From positions 13,144,001 to 13,208,000 of the forward strand of contig OZ059895.1 in the NCBI GenBank assembly GCA_964057225.1: DNA of 64,000 nt, given 5' to 3'. The stretch comes from Auanema rhodensis (Eukaryota; Animalia; Nematoda). Position numbers and translations under genes: made by a program. The notes under the pieces are model-generated. The model ran no database searches and had not been told where the DNA came from. It saw only the letters and a program-made list of their open reading frames with translations. Positions 8,901 to 16,582 of the stretch are shown here, one piece after another. Every line of letters starts with the position of its first letter. Positions within the stretch are counted from its first letter, which is position 1.

Positions 8901-11900
8901 TTGGAGGAATACTTATACCAACTTTACCCACCCAGAATGACAAAACTGCCTAGATCACGTACAGACACACAGGTCTACACCCAGATAGACGAAATACAAA
9001 AATTTCTCGAATACCTAGCTCAAAACAATCGTCTAAGCCGGATATCAAAAGAGGAAAGAGAAGCAGAAAACAAGAAATGGGCTGATCTCACAAGACAGTC
9101 AAATTCTTCAGCGATTACCTTTCCCAACTATACTCTCATCTTCAACGGACACGCACAAAACTACGGATTCCCGAAAACACTACCTACAGCCAGACCCATC
9201 ACGGAAGAAGACAGCTTATTATTTCAACAAACATATCTTCAGCTCATTGAGTCACCGGGTGCTAGTCCTACGACAACCACTACCACAACTACTACAACTA
9301 CAACAACCACTAGAACCCCTGCAACCACAGTTGATCCGACAACTACTACTTATCGGACACCTTTACCTCAATTCACAACCACACCAAGGAGATATCATTA
9401 TTACCAGAGTACAACAACTCCAGTAACTCCACCACCACGTCTTCTCACTACCACACCTCGCAGAGAACCTCCTAGGACAATTCCCACAACTCGGATTACC
9501 ACAAAACGAGCAACAACAACTCAACCGGTAGAGGAAATTAAATCTCACACAGGATCACAAGCACACCTCAATTTCCTACGAACACGAGCAGATATTATTC
9601 AAAAATACGATGATCAACTACGACAACAAGATACAAGGTCTCACCTCCAATACTCTACGTCAAAACTCGAGGAGGAAATCTTACAAGCTTTCCAAATAAC
9701 AAAGAAAAGCGTTTGCAGAATGCAAAATAAACAGCTACTTACCTGGTGGGCAATCCTGCAAATTAATCCGACCATAGGAATTCGCACTATGCTTCGTCGA
9801 CAGGACATTTCAGCCAAATTCGTCGGAGAACATCTCATCTACGTCATGCCATGCACCCCTGTACAAATAACACATGTATATTCGGATCACAAACGAGACG
9901 ATAAATGTTACCTGGAGACGCCTGTAGACACGGAACATCACGGCAAACTATTCATTACACCAGGATCAAGAGATTTGACACCATATGCTCACATCATAGC
10001 ATGCGATATGGCTACATCAGATCCCTACAAAATAAACAATCAATGGATGAAAGATAATTCAACATTGAATGTAACTCACTTCTCATTTTCGGATGAACTC
10101 ACATCTGTAAAAATTGATCACATTAAGTTCAACAATTCCAACATATTTTCAAACCTCACGGAGTCAACATTTCCAATGGCACTGGCTATCTCCTACGGAT
10201 CGAGCTTAGCATCCTTACAAGCCACTCTGCCAGGAAAGCTGAAACCAGTCTTCAAACAGTCTGGATTCTCTGATCTAAATCCAATAGGCATTATAGGAGG
10301 AACAGTTGGAACGACATTAATGTTAGCAGATAACATATCAAACAACGCAGAAAAACAAATCACAAATTTCTTCGAATATGTAGGAGAATCAATTACAGCA
10401 TGGATACTAAGGACACTAGCCATTATTGGAGGAATTCTCGTCGCAATAGGACTTATAACTGCTACCATCTGGGCATTAAAAATATATGCATGTACCACAA
10501 GGATACCAATCAATCAAATAACATTCAAAGAAGAAGAAGAAGAACCAAGGCGAGAAAATAAAGAAATCGAACTTCAGCAATTACAACCACTGAATAAATC
10601 TCAACAAAACAAATTCTATTCAAGAATCTCCCGATACGATCCCGACGCTCCACTATCAGACAACGACTTTCTAGCCTATCTACCACGATACGCCATGAAA
10701 GAATCAAGGATTAACTACATCGGAGGATCACGACTACCTTTCGTACCTCTCTCCATCCACAATCAGATCTTTACTGCTTTATGGGACACAGGAGCTTCTA
10801 TATCATATATGAAGGAAAGCACATTTCAACAACTACCGGCAGCAACGATGGTTGGTGAAAAGACAACAGCTATCGTAGCAAACAAATCACGGTTTTCCTT
10901 CCTGGGCTACACAAGACTTCCAATTGTTATTGGAAAAACAGAGATTGAGCACAAAATACTGATTTCTGCCAACAACCACTGCCCAGCACCTATCTTATTA
11001 GGAATAGACTTTATAGAAGCCCTCAGCAAAATAGGAATAAATACATCATTGCGACCACTTCAGAATTCATTGCTAATCGGAGATACAATAGTACCTCTAG
11101 CACAAGACTACTCACCGTGGACCGAGAACCACACGATAGCTCATGTAGTAAGCCTGGAAACTAAACAGTTTTACCCAGGAGAAACCAGATCGCTCACGTT
11201 GGAAGTAGACGATCCAGCATCATACGCACAAGCTTTTATAAGAAGTTCACAACGAATAGGAAAAATGACTTTCGCCCCTACAACTTTCACGCCAACAGGA
11301 TACGGGATTCAGATATTCGCTACAAATATCTCACCCGAAACAATCAAAATTAAAACAAATCAAGGAATCGGAACTGCTTACGCTATCCCAAAAGATATCA
11401 AAGAACAAAAAGGACAATACGTCCCACCGGAAGCAAGATGGGAAGAACAACTACCATACTTCCCAGACGACTTCATAAAGGATCTCGACGTAACAAACAC
11501 CATCTTCACCCAATTGGAAAGACAAGAATTAAAGAAAATAGTACTTAGAAATAAGGAAGCTTTCTTGAACGAGGATCGCAATATCGGACTTTTTAAAGGA
11601 CCAGTGGAACATAATATACCTATCATACCAGGAAAATTTCCATCATTTCAAATCACATACAGGATCCCTCTAACTCAACAAGAAGAAGTCGAAAAACAGG
11701 TGGAGGAAATGCTCGAACAAGGTATAATAGAACCATCAATTTCTATTACCACAAGTCCCGTTATACTCGTCAAAAAGAAGGACAAAACATACCGTTTTGT
11801 TACGGATTTTCGAGCATTAAATGCCATAACACTAAAGCAGATATACGTCATTTCAAACATACAAGATATTCTCGATCTAGCAGCAGGAGCATGCATCTTC

Positions 11901-14798
11901 ACTAACTTTGATTTGGTATCAGGATTCTTCCAAATACCTCTGCGTAAAGAAGATCGACATTTAACAGCATTTACTACAACTAGTGGTACATATCAATACT
12001 GTCGAATGCCCATGGGACTCTGTGGAGCCCCACATACATTCCAAAACGCAGTACGGTACCTACAACAACATGTACGCTGCAAACTCTTCGTATATCTAGA
12101 CGATCTTCTGCTTATATCAGAATCAACCACACAACACCTTCAAGATATCGAAGAAGTTTTGAGAGTAGCAATAGAGCTAGGATTCAAAATTAATCTGAAG
12201 AAATGCACCTTTGGACAAAGAGAAGTCAAGTTTCTCGGATTTATAGTCGGATATGAGGGAATAAAACCGGACCCTCAGAAAATTAAAGCCATCAGAGACT
12301 ACCCCAGACCAAAGTCAACAACAGGAGTCAGAGCTTTCATGGGCGTCGTTAACTACTTTCGAAGATTCATCAAAAATGCCGCGGGAATTGCCTCACCTCT
12401 CTACGACCTCACAAAAAAGGATAAAGCTTTCACATGGGGAGACAAAGAAGAAAAATCTTTCCAACACCTGAAGAAAGCCCTTTGTCAAGCACCGGTTCTT
12501 CAGGCACCTAGAGCAAAACGACCATACGTAGTTGAAAGCGACGGAAGCATAATTGCAGTAGGAGCAGTTCTATTGCAATCTGCGGATGATCAAGAACCAT
12601 TGCACCCAATAGCTTTCGCTAGCCGTAAACTAAACAAAGCAGAAAGGAACTACCCCCCGATTGAGATCGAAGCCTTAGCCCTAACTTTCGCAGTTCATCA
12701 GTTTCGCACCTACATCTTAGGAGCACCGATCAAAATCATAACCGATCATAGACCCTTAACTAGCCTTATGACAAGAAAAGACCTCATAGGAAGACTAGCC
12801 AAATTTCAAATAGTACTCCAAGAGTATGATATTGAAATTATCTATCGCCCAGGACGTCTTAATAGCGTTTGTGACGCATTATCAAGATACTTCGAAGACG
12901 AAATCAACGAAGCGAAGGAAAGAAAGAAGAAAACGAAAGAATCTCCCACGCATCAAATCTCTACTATTACAACTATCACGGACCTTCGGACAATTCAAGA
13001 GGAAACAGAATGGATCATGGAAACAAAAGAAAAGATTCAGAACAAAACAGCAGGAAGGCAACTAACAGATCGATATATAGTTCAAAATAATATTCTCTAT
13101 GCAAAGCCAAAAACAGCATTCCAAACACCTCGAGCCGTTCTACCCAATGATCCAACAATTACTACAGCAATAATTGATAAGTTTCATAAGGACCCATTAC
13201 TAGGAGCTCATCTAGAAATCAACAAAACACATGACTCAATTCTACGCCGTTATACATGGACAGGAATGCAAGAAGATATCACCAACTACGTCAACAGATG
13301 TCTTCAGTGCGCAAAAAGGAAAAATAACCCGCATGAAGCAACGGTGGAACCCATGAGAAACTTTCCCACCGTTTCACAACCTTGGGAAAGAGTTCACATG
13401 GACATTCTCGGACCACTACCACGAACACAAAACGGGAACAGATATATCTTATCAATACAGGACGCGTTCTCCAAATGGATAATAGCAACACCATTATTAA
13501 GACAAACATCAGAAGAAATCATAACAGCAATTAAGAAAAACCTGTTCTTTGTTTTCGGACCACCAAAAAGGATCATAACGGACAACGGATCCAATTTTGT
13601 TTCTCACGAATTCAAAACAATGTGCGAACAACTAGGTTCCGAGCATCATACAACTATGCCATATTACAAGAATGCAAATGGACAAGTGGAACGACTACAC
13701 AGAACACTAGAAGAAGCACTAACGTCGTACGTAAATACGGAACAGGACAATTGGGATGATATACTACCTAAGATAGTATTCACACTCAACAGGCTACCTA
13801 ATGCCACAACTCGCACACCGCCCTACGATTGTATCTTTGGTCAGGCAGCGCGACTACCAATCGACCACAACCTGGACACTCCCGCACCCACTCTCAAACC
13901 CACAGGAGATTTACATGAGAAAATATACGAAAGGATAACAAGGAACAATGAGAAGATGAAGAAGAAATACGACGAGGCACACAAGATACAAGAACGAGAA
14001 CTCTACGTGGATAACAGAGCTCTCGTCAAACGGGCAAAGCCCACCAACAAACTGCAAGCAGTCAGTGATGGACCGTACCTCATAAAAGAAATAAATAAAA
14101 ATAATGTCATATTAGCAGATGACGACGGGAATAGAATACGGGCTCATAAGAATAATATAAGATACTTTCCACCCGATGACAATAACATCGAGGAAAGCGA
14201 GCACGGCAGAAATGACGCGGGATCCGCTATTTATAGCAACAGGTCCCGGCACGATCAGGTCAATACGCGCGCTCAGAACAACGGTCAAGCCACGCCCCCA
14301 ATTTCTGATTCGGACAGCGATAACGAGGAGGAGTTCTACGAACAAAGCCGACCTATAATAACAACTAAAGAAACAATAACACCGCAGGAAGATACGTTGG
14401 AAAGACAACAAGAAAGTTATCAATCGGAATCTGGACTAGATACAGCAGACAAGACATCTACGAACAAAGAAGAAAACAACCAATTCCAACAATTGGTCGA
14501 CAAAATTGGAGAAGAAACAAGACAAGAGCTCTACGAAGAAAGACAAAAAGAGTTACCTACAATCAAAAGATGGAGCTCAGCTCTCAAATTGGCACTCGGT
14601 TTAGAAGACAAAAATCCGATTACTCCTCCAAAACCGTTTCACGTACCAATAAGGTACAACAGCGTGATACCCCCTTTAAAACCTAAAAGTAGGCTTACAC
14701 GCTCTCAGATACCTGATGCCCATATCAATTTACCAAACACATCGGTTGAACGAAAGAAACGACCTTCAACAGTGATAGGAGGACCAACAACTATCTAA
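5943..14798 (+). CDS. Gag-Env-Pol polyprotein (2951 aa): capsid, class III fusion glycoprotein, aspartic protease, reverse transcriptase, RNase H, integrase
   Basis: Single ORF. Gag motif LKQGENETVQNF; signal peptide aa ~554-573; TM aa ~1487-1512; LWDTGA; YLDD; RNase H ESDGS...EIEALA...TDH; integrase H-H-CxxC, D-D35-E and GPY. Confidence 0.96.
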   Translation: MADTANQNPPPGNNTQNTTNSEENTQTVEAALHRNQRKRGPPDAFRPHAKHPKTNAKSKKLPPIPGTPLTAKKLYTTAIKTTRHAISLNKNKATSSKSTPKRSSHSPKTVIDTGTNTYLPNHTSPQRPIQTENAEILTSPIPKNSPSSTDQSLHGHSLSPVSSSSDNNINLTSNVTEQRSRPQMANQMEQDNPPIARANNVSIRHHKPTLYDGSVPFNLYMQRLEGYFDALQVPIAERLSHLYLLLGTDRAAEALQTIPAEDLRQGWNHVKRLLSEKLQPPEKRDAAFTKLTHLKQGENETVQNFAQRCRNLAYESCNMDSTADERILRVSFLGGLRKTLRTHVNNRSPITFDAAVTIAETVEADEDPSLHINNLIKNVEQLEINNGLINHMRTSQQDKTHDESQTHQPRTFYGNQSRPQRPQEQWNQRRGGYRPPRYQDDRQNNRPNFRQDNRNNGYQRGYNSYRSPQRYDRYNDRYDNRRNDRYDNRGNDRHEHRGNDRYNRGNYHDRGFQQRNHNTLHGQHNRYRDRTRSPSVRFHVNKVEKETGKTRKTLPFIPLFLSVIALSLIPCQADNTYQLCIGKRGGIFLEPPRPTTCSDYAHKDGVKIKTVELFAENMNYKEWEAWKCSKEIYKACAYDLFFIRENNLTLLRIEPATPQECKTAIQERRHTDNNLNREAPGLFKTPMPTNTQSKSFWSSSCTTKSRFTLERGMMTSLHDDTIISDLFINTEGCTKQQGVCNTTNAVITWIPPNNHRNCDYTTLGKFEALINNDTVIISEIQGAFILNDDTPDPIATRCMNKNIYSTDSGTYISINELKPRRQKRKAPQEYPTRFFNITIYQSLRLTDSSTGLLPMYQTYRNRKRLDSTYNLIDYLKTSSVHIGLIKFLQLEASKLKYRLLWHNYTDINMVILHTLAEAEIRLSTEIAIEHLLPSEITAKLSKQITISDFATRLLNHKGDYLERARQIALEIAQTPTTLATGETIPSLEEYLYQLYPPRMTKLPRSRTDTQVYTQIDEIQKFLEYLAQNNRLSRISKEEREAENKKWADLTRQSNSSAITFPNYTLIFNGHAQNYGFPKTLPTARPITEEDSLLFQQTYLQLIESPGASPTTTTTTTTTTTTTTRTPATTVDPTTTTYRTPLPQFTTTPRRYHYYQSTTTPVTPPPRLLTTTPRREPPRTIPTTRITTKRATTTQPVEEIKSHTGSQAHLNFLRTRADIIQKYDDQLRQQDTRSHLQYSTSKLEEEILQAFQITKKSVCRMQNKQLLTWWAILQINPTIGIRTMLRRQDISAKFVGEHLIYVMPCTPVQITHVYSDHKRDDKCYLETPVDTEHHGKLFITPGSRDLTPYAHIIACDMATSDPYKINNQWMKDNSTLNVTHFSFSDELTSVKIDHIKFNNSNIFSNLTESTFPMALAISYGSSLASLQATLPGKLKPVFKQSGFSDLNPIGIIGGTVGTTLMLADNISNNAEKQITNFFEYVGESITAWILRTLAIIGGILVAIGLITATIWALKIYACTTRIPINQITFKEEEEEPRRENKEIELQQLQPLNKSQQNKFYSRISRYDPDAPLSDNDFLAYLPRYAMKESRINYIGGSRLPFVPLSIHNQIFTALWDTGASISYMKESTFQQLPAATMVGEKTTAIVANKSRFSFLGYTRLPIVIGKTEIEHKILISANNHCPAPILLGIDFIEALSKIGINTSLRPLQNSLLIGDTIVPLAQDYSPWTENHTIAHVVSLETKQFYPGETRSLTLEVDDPASYAQAFIRSSQRIGKMTFAPTTFTPTGYGIQIFATNISPETIKIKTNQGIGTAYAIPKDIKEQKGQYVPPEARWEEQLPYFPDDFIKDLDVTNTIFTQLERQELKKIVLRNKEAFLNEDRNIGLFKGPVEHNIPIIPGKFPSFQITYRIPLTQQEEVEKQVEEMLEQGIIEPSISITTSPVILVKKKDKTYRFVTDFRALNAITLKQIYVISNIQDILDLAAGACIFTNFDLVSGFFQIPLRKEDRHLTAFTTTSGTYQYCRMPMGLCGAPHTFQNAVRYLQQHVRCKLFVYLDDLLLISESTTQHLQDIEEVLRVAIELGFKINLKKCTFGQREVKFLGFIVGYEGIKPDPQKIKAIRDYPRPKSTTGVRAFMGVVNYFRRFIKNAAGIASPLYDLTKKDKAFTWGDKEEKSFQHLKKALCQAPVLQAPRAKRPYVVESDGSIIAVGAVLLQSADDQEPLHPIAFASRKLNKAERNYPPIEIEALALTFAVHQFRTYILGAPIKIITDHRPLTSLMTRKDLIGRLAKFQIVLQEYDIEIIYRPGRLNSVCDALSRYFEDEINEAKERKKKTKESPTHQISTITTITDLRTIQEETEWIMETKEKIQNKTAGRQLTDRYIVQNNILYAKPKTAFQTPRAVLPNDPTITTAIIDKFHKDPLLGAHLEINKTHDSILRRYTWTGMQEDITNYVNRCLQCAKRKNNPHEATVEPMRNFPTVSQPWERVHMDILGPLPRTQNGNRYILSIQDAFSKWIIATPLLRQTSEEIITAIKKNLFFVFGPPKRIITDNGSNFVSHEFKTMCEQLGSEHHTTMPYYKNANGQVERLHRTLEEALTSYVNTEQDNWDDILPKIVFTLNRLPNATTRTPPYDCIFGQAARLPIDHNLDTPAPTLKPTGDLHEKIYERITRNNEKMKKKYDEAHKIQERELYVDNRALVKRAKPTNKLQAVSDGPYLIKEINKNNVILADDDGNRIRAHKNNIRYFPPDDNNIEESEHGRNDAGSAIYSNRSRHDQVNTRAQNNGQATPPISDSDSDNEEEFYEQSRPIITTKETITPQEDTLERQQESYQSESGLDTADKTSTNKEENNQFQQLVDKIGEETRQELYEERQKELPTIKRWSSALKLALGLEDKNPITPPKPFHVPIRYNSVIPPLKPKSRLTRSQIPDAHINLPNTSVERKKRPSTVIGGPTTI
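6492..7571 (+). other. gag: Gag domain (capsid plus Arg/Asn/Asp/Tyr-rich nucleocapsid-like tail)
   Basis: KPTLYDGSVPFNLYMQRLEGYF..., MHR-like LKQGENETVQNFAQRCRNLA and TFDAAVTIAETVE, typical of Ty3/Gypsy capsids; no CCHC knuckle. Confidence 0.85.
7602..10493 (+). other. env: Envelope glycoprotein domain, class III fusogen-like (type I membrane protein)
   Basis: Signal peptide LPFIPLFLSVIALSLIPCQA|D; Cys-rich ectodomain with many NxS/T sequons; furin site RRQKR (8400-8414); gB-like CRMQNKQL..W...INP...ISAKFVG...PCTPV...CY..P; TM WILRTLAIIGGILVAIGLITATIWAL. Confidence 0.85.
10722..11100 (+). other. Retropepsin aspartic protease domain
   Basis: ALWDTGASISY (catalytic Asp codon at 10785) and C-terminal ILLGIDF. 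Confidence 0.93.
11610..12890 (+). other. pol: Reverse transcriptase and RNase H domains
   Basis: SPVILVKKKD, RFVTDFRALN, DLVSGFFQI, MPMGLCGAP, YLDDLL (12093), KCTF, FLGF; then ESDGS, PIAFASR, EALA, TDHRPL, N..CDALSR. Confidence 0.96.
13180..14170 (+). other. Integrase (HHCC, DDE core, GPY/F region)
   Basis: FH...GAH...CLQC, PWERVHMDILGP, ITDNGSNF, NGQVERLHRTL, DGPY. Confidence 0.95.
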
Positions 14799-15002
14799 AA
14801 CAAGTTTGAAAATTCATTTTTTTATCATAATTACTTTATTTATACTTTTGCATCATTTTCCCATTTTTTCTCATCAAACAAACAACAATAATCAGTCATT
14901 CAAGTTTTCGAAATTTGATTTTTTTTTTGTCATCAATCACACTATCTCTCTAAAAATTCTACCTTCTCTGTTCAAAAAAAAAAAAAAAAAAACCTGCTTT
15001 GC

Positions 15003-15695
15003 ATGGAGCTATATAAGCTCAAAAACACCTCAAGCAGAAAAAAAAAATCCTCCGAATTCGACAAGATGTCGCTCAACCTTCCACCTCTACCCTGCGAGAC
15101 ACCCATCGAAATGATCAAGGAAAAATGGATCAACATCCATTCACTCCAAATTGAGCTACAAGAGCTGGAGAAAGACAACCCCAAGAAACTAAAGATTCTT
15201 CGGTCCTTCTCGGAGAATCTATCCAGAGTGACTCTATTGATAGAAACTCTGGAAAGGTTACAATGTTTATGTAACCATGAAGAAGACGAAATGGCAAAAA
15301 TGGCAAAGAACTGGTTGTCAGCCACCGTCCGCACCAAGTTCACCATCCGCAAACTGCGTCAAGAATTAGGCTATTCAATCCCAGAATACGAAGGCAGCGC
15401 TGATCTACTCCCGAGATGGGCCGCAGAAGAAATCTACAAGAGTTGGACAGAAGAGAGTTTAAACAAGTCCGCAAACCAGTCAATAAGGAAAGCTGGAGAA
15501 CGAGTTGGCCAAGCATTGAAGATTTTAATGGCAACTGGCGCCACCACCCAGAACCAGAAAGATATGAAAAAGAAGATATGCAACCAGACGACAGATTTGC
15601 TGACAGATCTCAGTCTCTACCACACATGGACCGTCGCTGGGCAGCATACAGCAACCAACTTTCAAATGGGACAAATCAATGAGGAGGAAGGATGA
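15003..15695 (+). CDS. Accessory ORF2 of unknown function (230 aa; a start at ATG 15066 would give 209 aa), predicted helical/coiled-coil
   Basis: Open 693-bp frame with coding-like composition between AT-rich poly-A/poly-T linkers inside the element; no signal peptide or TM; AATAAA at 15723. Confidence 0.7.
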   Translation: MELYKLKNTSSRKKKSSEFDKMSLNLPPLPCETPIEMIKEKWINIHSLQIELQELEKDNPKKLKILRSFSENLSRVTLLIETLERLQCLCNHEEDEMAKMAKNWLSATVRTKFTIRKLRQELGYSIPEYEGSADLLPRWAAEEIYKSWTEESLNKSANQSIRKAGERVGQALKILMATGATTQNQKDMKKKICNQTTDLLTDLSLYHTWTVAGQHTATNFQMGQINEEEG

Positions 15696-15891
15696 AAACT
15701 GCTAAGAAAGAGGTGATGAATCAATAAAACATTTTATTTTTATTTTTTTTTTTATTTTATCTATTCACTCTATTATTCACTTACCTATTCTATTATTCCT
15801 ATTCTTGTTTCAATTTTTTTTTGTTTCAAAAAAAAACACGAAATCTAATTTCTTATAGCTGAGGTCAGCTAACTTTTTTTCCTATAAGGCA

Positions 15892-16276
15892 TGTTCCATA
15901 CATAACTTATAGAGAAGGCGGTTGACTACGTCAACCGACTTTAGTTTAATCAAATAAAATAAGAAACTAGAATTCGAAAGCTTTTTAGAAAAGATTCCAC
16001 GGAATAAGGTGGAACGTAATTCTTTTTATACAAATTCATTCACTTTTTACATTCTATAGTTTGCTATATAAACCCGTAGAAAACACACTAAGGAGATCTT
16101 CTATCATGTAGTTTTAGACTTTAACTTTACCTGTTTGTAGTTTATAACATTTCCTATTGTAGTTTTCTCTATATAATAAAACGGTTGCTAATTTAACTAC
16201 TTGTTGAACAATGAAACCCTTGCACAAAATCCATCTGAAAACCCTAGTCGGAACCCTAGGGCAATCAAATGGAACG
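15892..16276 (+). repeat. 3' LTR (385 bp)
   Basis: Direct repeat of 4602-4986 with 2 substitutions; poly(A) signal AATAAA at 16175-16180. Confidence 0.96.
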
Positions 16277-16463
16277 AGGTTCATAAACTACTAATTTATA
16301 ACTGTAATATAGAAATAAGATTGAACATATTTTGATGCCTTGGGTTGAGCTATCTAAGTAAAACTGCTGGAAAATTAAAAACATTTGTTACGGAAGAGAT
16401 AAAATTGAAAATCAGCTGCATTGAGTACTTTCAACGTGGTATGATCGTTAAAAAAATTTGAAA

Positions 16464-16582
16464 AACTTACGGCAGGCGGGATTCCCAAGCCGTCTCCGAT
16501 CCAAGTACTAACCGGGCCCAACGTTGCTTGACTTGCCAGATCGGACGGGATGGCGTACTTTCAACGTGGTATGGTCGTAAGC
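16464..16582 (-). rRNA. 5S rRNA variant adjacent to the 3' LTR (GG107-108CC plus private C118T)
   Basis: 119-nt copy; aaaaacttac replaces aaaagcttac at 16465. Confidence 0.85.

Larger units (their letters stand above)
4602..16276 (+). mobile_element. Full-length Ty3/Gypsy (Metaviridae-like) LTR retroelement / endogenous retrovirus-like element with an envelope gene
   Basis: Two 385-bp direct LTRs, AGGT TSD (4598-4601 and 16277-16280), PBS, and an uninterrupted polyprotein with PR-RT-RH-IN order. Removing the element and one TSD restores a 529-bp 5S unit. Confidence 0.97.

Noticed and set aside
7517-10680. In-frame intron that would remove env to give Gag-Pol
   Set aside because: The candidate donor I checked (AG|GTACAG at 7520) is out of frame with the acceptors at 10577 and 10674. 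The check was not exhaustive and needs RNA data.
5898-14423. Small overlapping and antisense ORFs within the polyprotein (e.g. 7144-7647, 7191-7559, 10193-10513)
   Set aside because: Shadow frames explained by the A/C-rich codon bias and the Gag repeat region.
14806-15114. 102-aa ORF with a hydrophobic N-terminus after pol
   Set aside because: It has a non-ATG start (TTG) and translates T-rich and poly-A linker; not a credible env or secreted protein.
4602-16276. BEL/Pao or Copia assignment
   Set aside because: Integrase follows RNase H, which excludes Copia. The RT/RH motifs and the absence of the triple Cys-His Gag fit Ty3/Gypsy rather than BEL/Pao.
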